DNA of 64,000 nt from positions 236,178,689-236,242,688 of the forward strand of contig NC_085841.1 of assembly GCF_035594765.1 (NCBI RefSeq), given 5' to 3'. Positions 58,740-64,000 of this stretch are shown here, piece by piece. Origin of the DNA: Anolis carolinensis (Eukaryota). Within the stretch, counting starts at the first letter, position 1, and every line of letters starts with the position of its first letter. The notes under the pieces were generated by a model. That model saw only the letters and a list, made by a program, of their open reading frames with translations. It was not told where the DNA came from and ran no database searches. Position numbers and translations under genes: made by a program.

Positions 58740-59812
58740 CTGTGTTGTCAAAGGCTTTCATGGCCGAGATCACAGGGTTGTTGTATGTCTTTCGGGCTGT
58801 GTGACCAAGTATTCTCTCCTGACGTTTTGCCCATATCTATGGCAGGCATCCTCAGAGGTTGTGAGGTATGGATAAACTAGGAAAGGAAAAAAATATATAT
58901 CTGTGGAGAGTCCAGGGTGTGGCAAGAGTCCTTTGTCACTGGGAAGCCAGCATTAATGTTTCAGTTAATCACCCTAATTAGCATTGGAAAGGTTTTTGTC
59001 TCTTGCCTGGGGGGATCCTTTGTTCAGTCAATAGCCGTCCTTGGGGCTCCTCTGCCTTCAGAGTGTTGGTTCCCATCTACTGTTTTGATTTTAGAGTTTT
59101 TTTAATACTGGTAGCCAGATTTTGTTCATTTTCATGGTTTCCTCCATTCTGTTGAAGTTGTCCACATGCTTGTGGATTTCAATGGCTTCTCTGTGTAGTC
59201 TGACATGATAGTTGTTGAAGTGGTCCAGCATTTCTGTGTTCTCAAATAATATCCTGTGTCCAGGCTGGTTCATCAAGTGCTCTGCTATGGCTGATTTCTC
59301 TGGTTGAATTAGTCTGCAGTGCCTTTCATGTTCTTTGACTCTGGTTTGGGCGCTGCGTTTGGTGGTCCCTATGTATACTTGTCCACAGCTGCATGGTATC
59401 CGATAGACTCCTGCAGAGGAGAGAAGATCCCTCTTGTCTTTTGCTGGCCGTAGCATTTGTTGGATTTTCTTTGTGGGTCTGTAGATAGTTTGTAAGTTGT
59501 GTTTCTTCATCAGCTTTCCTATGCGGTCACTGGTTCCCTTGATGTATGGTAAGAACACTATTCCTCTGGGTGGATCTTTGTCTTGACTCTCATGGCTTGT
59601 TCTTGGCCTTGCAGCTCTTCTGATGTCTGTGGTGGAGTATCCATTGGCCTGTAGAGCCCAGTTTAGGTGGTTGAGTTCACCTTGGAGGAGGTGAGGTTCG
59701 CAGATTCTTTGTGCACGGTCTGTCAGGGCTTTGATTGTGCTTCTTTTTTGACTGGGGTGATGGTTGGAGTTTTTATGAAGGCATCTATCTCTGTGTGTAG
59801 GTTTTCTGTAAA
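58740..59812 (-). mobile_element. Penelope-like element, 5'-truncated: RT C-terminal region + GIY-YIG endonuclease + 3' pseudo-LTR with mutated hammerhead (58818-58858)
   Basis: ORF 59091-59831: VYRKPTH...SNHHPSQKRS...LPYIKG...GVYRIPCSCGQVYIGTTKRSAQTRVKEH...REAIEI; hammerhead GAAA mutated to AAAA. Confidence 0.95.
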
Positions 59813-60780
59813 CTGGAATTTTCAGCTTCAACTGCTATGTTTTTCTGTAACAACATCTTCCTTTATGCTGGCCTTTGATTCCTTGTTTCAAAGGCTGGAT
59901 CTACACTGCCATATAAAACAGCTTCTGAATGCAGATTTACTGCTTTGAACTAGATTATATGAATCTACACAGCCATCTACTCCAGTTCAATGAAGTTAAT
60001 CTGCATTCAGAAGATGTATTATATGGCAGTGTAGATGGGGCCTAAGATTCAAATCCCTACAGAGTCTAATAATCCAGACCTTAAACACAATCATCTTTCC
60101 AGTGCGAAAACTGGGGATGTTTACTTGGAAGTAAGCCCCTCAAATATAGTGAACTTCAACATCCATGCATAGGACTGCTTTACACCTTGTTCAAAATAAG
60201 GAGCTTAGAGGAGCTTTGTTGGGAAGTTGCTCTTTGCTGTCAACTAGTGACAGCAGTGTATGGAAACCTGTGGTGTACCTTCATGGTGTGGGTGGAATAC
60301 TTTAAGCCACTGTTTCCCAGATTCTGGTCCTCCAGGTATTTTGCACTTCCCCCCAGAATGCCTCATCATTGGCCAAAGCAGCCTAAGCCTCTGGAAGTTG
60401 ACGTCTAAAAGACCTAGGTTGCACCCACACTGTAGAATTAATGCAGTTTGACACCACTTAAGTGCCAAGGCTCAATGTTACAGAATATTGGGGTTTGCAG
60501 TTTGCTGAGGCACTATTTGCAGGGAAAGCCAAAGGCCTTGCAAAACCACACATCCCAGGATTCTGTAAAAACGAGCCCTAGCAGTTAAAGAGGGTGTCAA
60601 ACTGCATTCATTCTACAGTATATATGCCTCTTTGGTTTAAAGATTCCTGCTCTAACAGGAGAGAAGCTAGACAACGCAGCAATTCATAAAGAAATAGCTT
60701 CCTGTAATTCTGTTCTGTGAAGAAATGCTGAAGGCTTTCATTTGCTTGTTGATACATCCAGGGCAAACAGCTATGATGTC

Positions 60781-61283
60781 TGGGTTGCTGTTAGGTTTCT
60801 GGGCTGTATGGCTATGTTTCAGAAGCTTTCTCTTCTGACGTTCGCCCATATCTATGGCAGGTATCCTGAGAGGTTGTGAAGTGTTGGATACTAGGCAAGG
60901 AAGGTTTATATATCTGTGGAAGGTCCAGGGTGGGAGAAATAACTCTTTGTCTGTTTGAGGCAAGTGTGAATGTTGCAATTGATCACCTTGATTAGCATTT
61001 ACTGGCCTTGCAGCTTCAAAACCTGGCTGATTCCTGCCTGGGGGAATCCTTTGTTGGGAGGTGTTAGCTGGCCCTGATTGATTCATGTGTGGATTTCTCC
61101 TGTTTTTTTAAAAGTGTTGTTCTTTATTTATTGTCCTGATTTTAGAGTTTTTTTTTAAATATACTGGTACAGTTTGTGTTCATTTTCATGGTTTACTCCT
61201 TTTTGCTGAAATTGTCCACATGCTTGTGAATTTCAATGGCTTCTCTATGTAGTCTGACGTGGTGGTTAGAGTGGTCCAGCATT
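60781..61283 (-). mobile_element. Penelope-like 3' fragment flanked by ~87-bp direct repeat
   Basis: Homologous to 58775-59232; degenerate hammerhead at about 60835-60873; flanks 60695-60780 and 61284-61371 are duplicates. Confidence 0.85.
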
Positions 61284-61339
61284 TAGCTTGACTGTTATTT
61301 CTGTTCCCTGAGGAAATGCTGAGGGCTTTCATTTGCTCT

Positions 61340-61663
61340 TCGATACATCCGGAGCGAACAGTTATAACGTCGTCCTCTCCTCAGCTAACCGTCCGCTCTG
61401 CCCTTTTCCTCCTCCTCCTCCTCTTATATCGGAAGTCAACAAATGGCCACACGGATCGTAATGGCTATTTGATTTTCTCCTCTCTATGGTAGAGTTCCAG
61501 ACAAATGAAAGCTATTATTTGCTTTCAACGCCACTAATCATCCGAAGCTCTAGAGGGCACCTGTTTCCGGTGCGACTCTATGGCGCAAAAGAAGGGCACG
61601 AAGCCAAAGAGAGCATTGGCGGAAGTGCCCGTTCCTCGTGCTTCCGGTTTGACTGGGCTGAAG
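61340..61663 (+). promoter_or_regulatory. TIMM10 CpG-island promoter and non-coding exon 1 (donor AAG|gtgagc at 61663/61664)
   Basis: CpG-rich; ETS/GABP-type motifs CGGAAGT at about 61430 and 61620, TTCCGG at about 61565 and 61642; YY1-like AAATGGCC 61441-61448. Confidence 0.65.
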
Positions 61664-62003
61664 GTGAGCGAGTGGGAGCGTTCGGGAAAAGGCTTCGAAG
61701 GAGCCTGGGAGGAATAGGCAGGCTCTACGCCCTGCTTTGGTTCACTGAGGACCGCAAGGGAATGTGGAAGCCACGGAAGGCCTGTGGGGTCCCGCTTTGA
61801 GGCCTGGTCCCAGTTAGAGGAGGCACATGGAGCCCACACGGGGAGAGAGACAACCCGTAGATGCCATAATGCTACTCAAGGCTTGAGGCCTTCGGGAGCA
61901 TCTACCCGGAGGGATTAATGCACCTTGACACCGCTTTAACTGCTATGGCTCAGTGCTATGGGATCATGGGAGTTCTCGTTTTAGCCCTTTCTTTCCAAGG
62001 TAT

Positions 62004-62236
62004 TGGATTGCTGTGAGTATTCCGGGTTTGTGGCCATGTTCCAGAAGCAGTCTCTCCTGACGTCTCGCCCACATCTATGGCAGGCATCCTCAGAGACGTA
62101 AGACCTCACAACCTCTGAGGATGCCTGCCATAGATGTGGGCGAAACGTCAGGAAAGAATGCTTCTGGAACATGGCCATTGAGCACGGAAAATTCACAGCA
62201 ACCCAGTGATTCTGGCCGTGAAAGCCTTCGATAACA
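62004..62236. mobile_element. Head-to-head Penelope-derived mini-element in TIMM10 intron 1
   Basis: Minus-sense arm 62004-62096 (hammerhead GAAA mutated to GAGA), short spacer, plus-sense arm 62101-62236. Confidence 0.85.
62112..62152 (+). ncRNA. Intact minimal type-I hammerhead ribozyme
   Basis: CCU | CUGAGGA 62115-62121 | stem II GCCUGC/GUGGGC | GAAA 62142-62145 | GUC 62147-62149 | AGG; palindromic ACGU stem III; predicted cleavage after C62149. Confidence 0.8.
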
Positions 62237-62974
62237 GATTGAATAAGTACAGCCCTCCTTCTCAAAAGGATCCTGCAGCCACAAATTCAACCATCTATGG
62301 CAGTGATGGCCAACCTATGACACGCGTATCAGCACTGACACGCCGAGCCATTTTTGCTGACACGCTGCCGCATGCAGATTGATTGGATGACTAATGTCTT
62401 TTGTGGCCAAATTTGGTGTGATTTGGTCCAATGGTTTTGTTGTTTACTCCATGGGAATTATGCACATTACATTTATATATATATATTATATCATTCTATT
62501 ATTATTCTATTATTATTGTAGTATATTATATTATTACTATTATTATATTATTCATGACTACATTGAAACTAGAATAGAGAGAAATCAGCATGGAAACTGC
62601 AAAGAGTCCTGGGTACTGAAAAACCTGAACGAACTTCTAACATTGTAGAATTAATGCAGTTTGACACTGCTTTAATTGCTATTTCTCAAGACTATAAGAT
62701 CATGGGAGTTGTAGATTTATAATATCCTTAGCCTTCTCTCCTGAAGAGTGATGGTGCCTTACCAAACTACAAATGCCAGGATTCCATAGCATTCAACCAG
62801 GGCAGTTAAAGTGATATCAAACTGCATTAATTCTACAGTGTGGATGCACCTAAAATACGGACCAGTCTACAACCTTCCTCCTAGTCCTTGTGTGTGTTTA
62901 TGGAGGTAGGGAATACCTGTGTTCTGACAATGTATGTCCTCTGTCAGCATCAGGAACAAATCTCTGGAAGTGCG

Positions 62975-63045
62975 ATGGATCCACTGAGGGCTCAGCAGTT
63001 GGCAGCGGAGCTGGAAGTAGAGATGATGGCTGATATGTACAACAG
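62975..63045 (+). CDS. TIMM10: Mitochondrial import inner membrane translocase subunit Tim10, first coding exon ([24 protein letters not shown])
   Basis: Sequence matches the vertebrate Tim10 N-terminus; acceptor ctgtcag| at 62947/62948, phase-2 donor AG|gtattg; the twin CX3C exon was not found in the window. Confidence 0.95.
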
Positions 63046-64000
63046 GTATTGGCTAAGGGCAAGGTGTTTTTAATGACACTCCTAGTTGAAGTTCATAAAA
63101 TGAAAGCTGTGTGTTATGAAATTGTCACTTCGTGGATATATAATGTATGTTGTCTAGTGTCTTTTTCTTTGCTACAGGCTCCCTAAACTTTCTTCCTAGA
63201 ATTACTGTTCCACTTTCCTCCAAACATTGTATCACTTTAACAATAATATAATATTAATTCACAATATCTAATTAATTAAACTGTCTTTAAAACATTAGAG
63301 TAGGGTTCTACTGATTCCAGCTGACGCTAGCAGGGTCGGTAAAGTGGCAACTACAGGAGGAAAAATATTTATATTCTTCTGCCTTTAAATCTGATGCACA
63401 CTTATTCAAAAGGAATTTCCATGGAGTTCAGAGGGTTACATTCCAGCAAGCACAAAAGGAATATAGCCATACAGCCAGATTCTACGTGTGATGTTGGTGG
63501 AATTGGTTTGAAAGTTAGGAAGTCCTATTCAAAAACACCCTGTCTCTGTCATAATAAACATCGTATTCCATCATAAACTGGATGGTATGCATATCACAGA
63601 AGTTATTTTTGAAATGTTTGTGAAATAACTTAGGAAGTTCTGCTTGATACCCTGGGTTGATCCCACCCATTCTGTTCAAGTTGTTGGTTATGTCCCTGGA
63701 ACCATGGGAGGAAAAGTTCCCTTGTAGCCTGGCATTTTCCAGATATTCAGGTGGTACAGAGGGCTGTGGGTAGAACTGAGAGAGACAAAGGACATAATTT
63801 GAGGCGGGGAAGTGGAAGGATTGCCGTCTTTACCATAACATTTGATTCTGTTCTGTTTATAAGGAAAATGGATAATATATTCACCCCCATACATATGATG
63901 TAATTCTGTCCGCTTCGATAGTAATTCTCTGTGTTCTGGGCTATTATATGGTCAAGTATAGTCCCTGCCTATACTACTTACTTGCTTTTTAATTAAAAAG

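Noticed and set aside
58818-58858. Hammerheads at 58818-58858, 60835-60873, 62056-62096 and 24662-24702 as active ribozymes
   Set aside because: Core or stem II mutations (GAAA to AAAA or GAGA, CUGAGGA to CUCAGGA, broken stem II) predict inactivity.

Overview
Vertebrate (squamate, very likely Anolis lizard, judging by Sauria SINE, Vingi, Penelope, L2 and Tc1/hAT MITE families) genomic DNA, repeat-rich and intron-dominated. Reading splice sites by hand recovers the block that is syntenic with human 11q12. It contains the 5' end of a secreted-protein gene on the minus strand (signal-peptide exon at 5020-5079, probably SERPING1/C1 inhibitor), a complete 4-exon UBE2L6-like E2 (+, 154 aa), a complete 7-coding-exon SMTNL1 (-, 440 aa, needing a 55-nt exon with a GC donor), and the first coding exon of TIMM10 (+). 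Most ORFs in the supplied track are spurious or transposon-derived. The most unusual layer is RNA-level: about nine minimal hammerhead ribozyme motifs carried by Penelope-like retroelements. Three loci are ~250-bp head-to-head palindromic mini-elements, two loci share a 30-nt hammerhead variant with a self-complementary stem II, and one intact sense-strand hammerhead lies in TIMM10 intron 1. Other points of note: altered E3-binding loops in the E2, loss of the mammalian SMTNL1 PKA/PKG site, a compact C/EBP-ISRE-NF-kB-STAT cluster, a perfect 37-bp palindromic insertion with a 13-bp target duplication, a hAT element carrying divergent CTCF-like motifs, a U2 snRNA 5' fragment, and an ~87-bp duplication recording CpG decay. 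Gene names rest on recalled protein similarity plus synteny; no database search was run.
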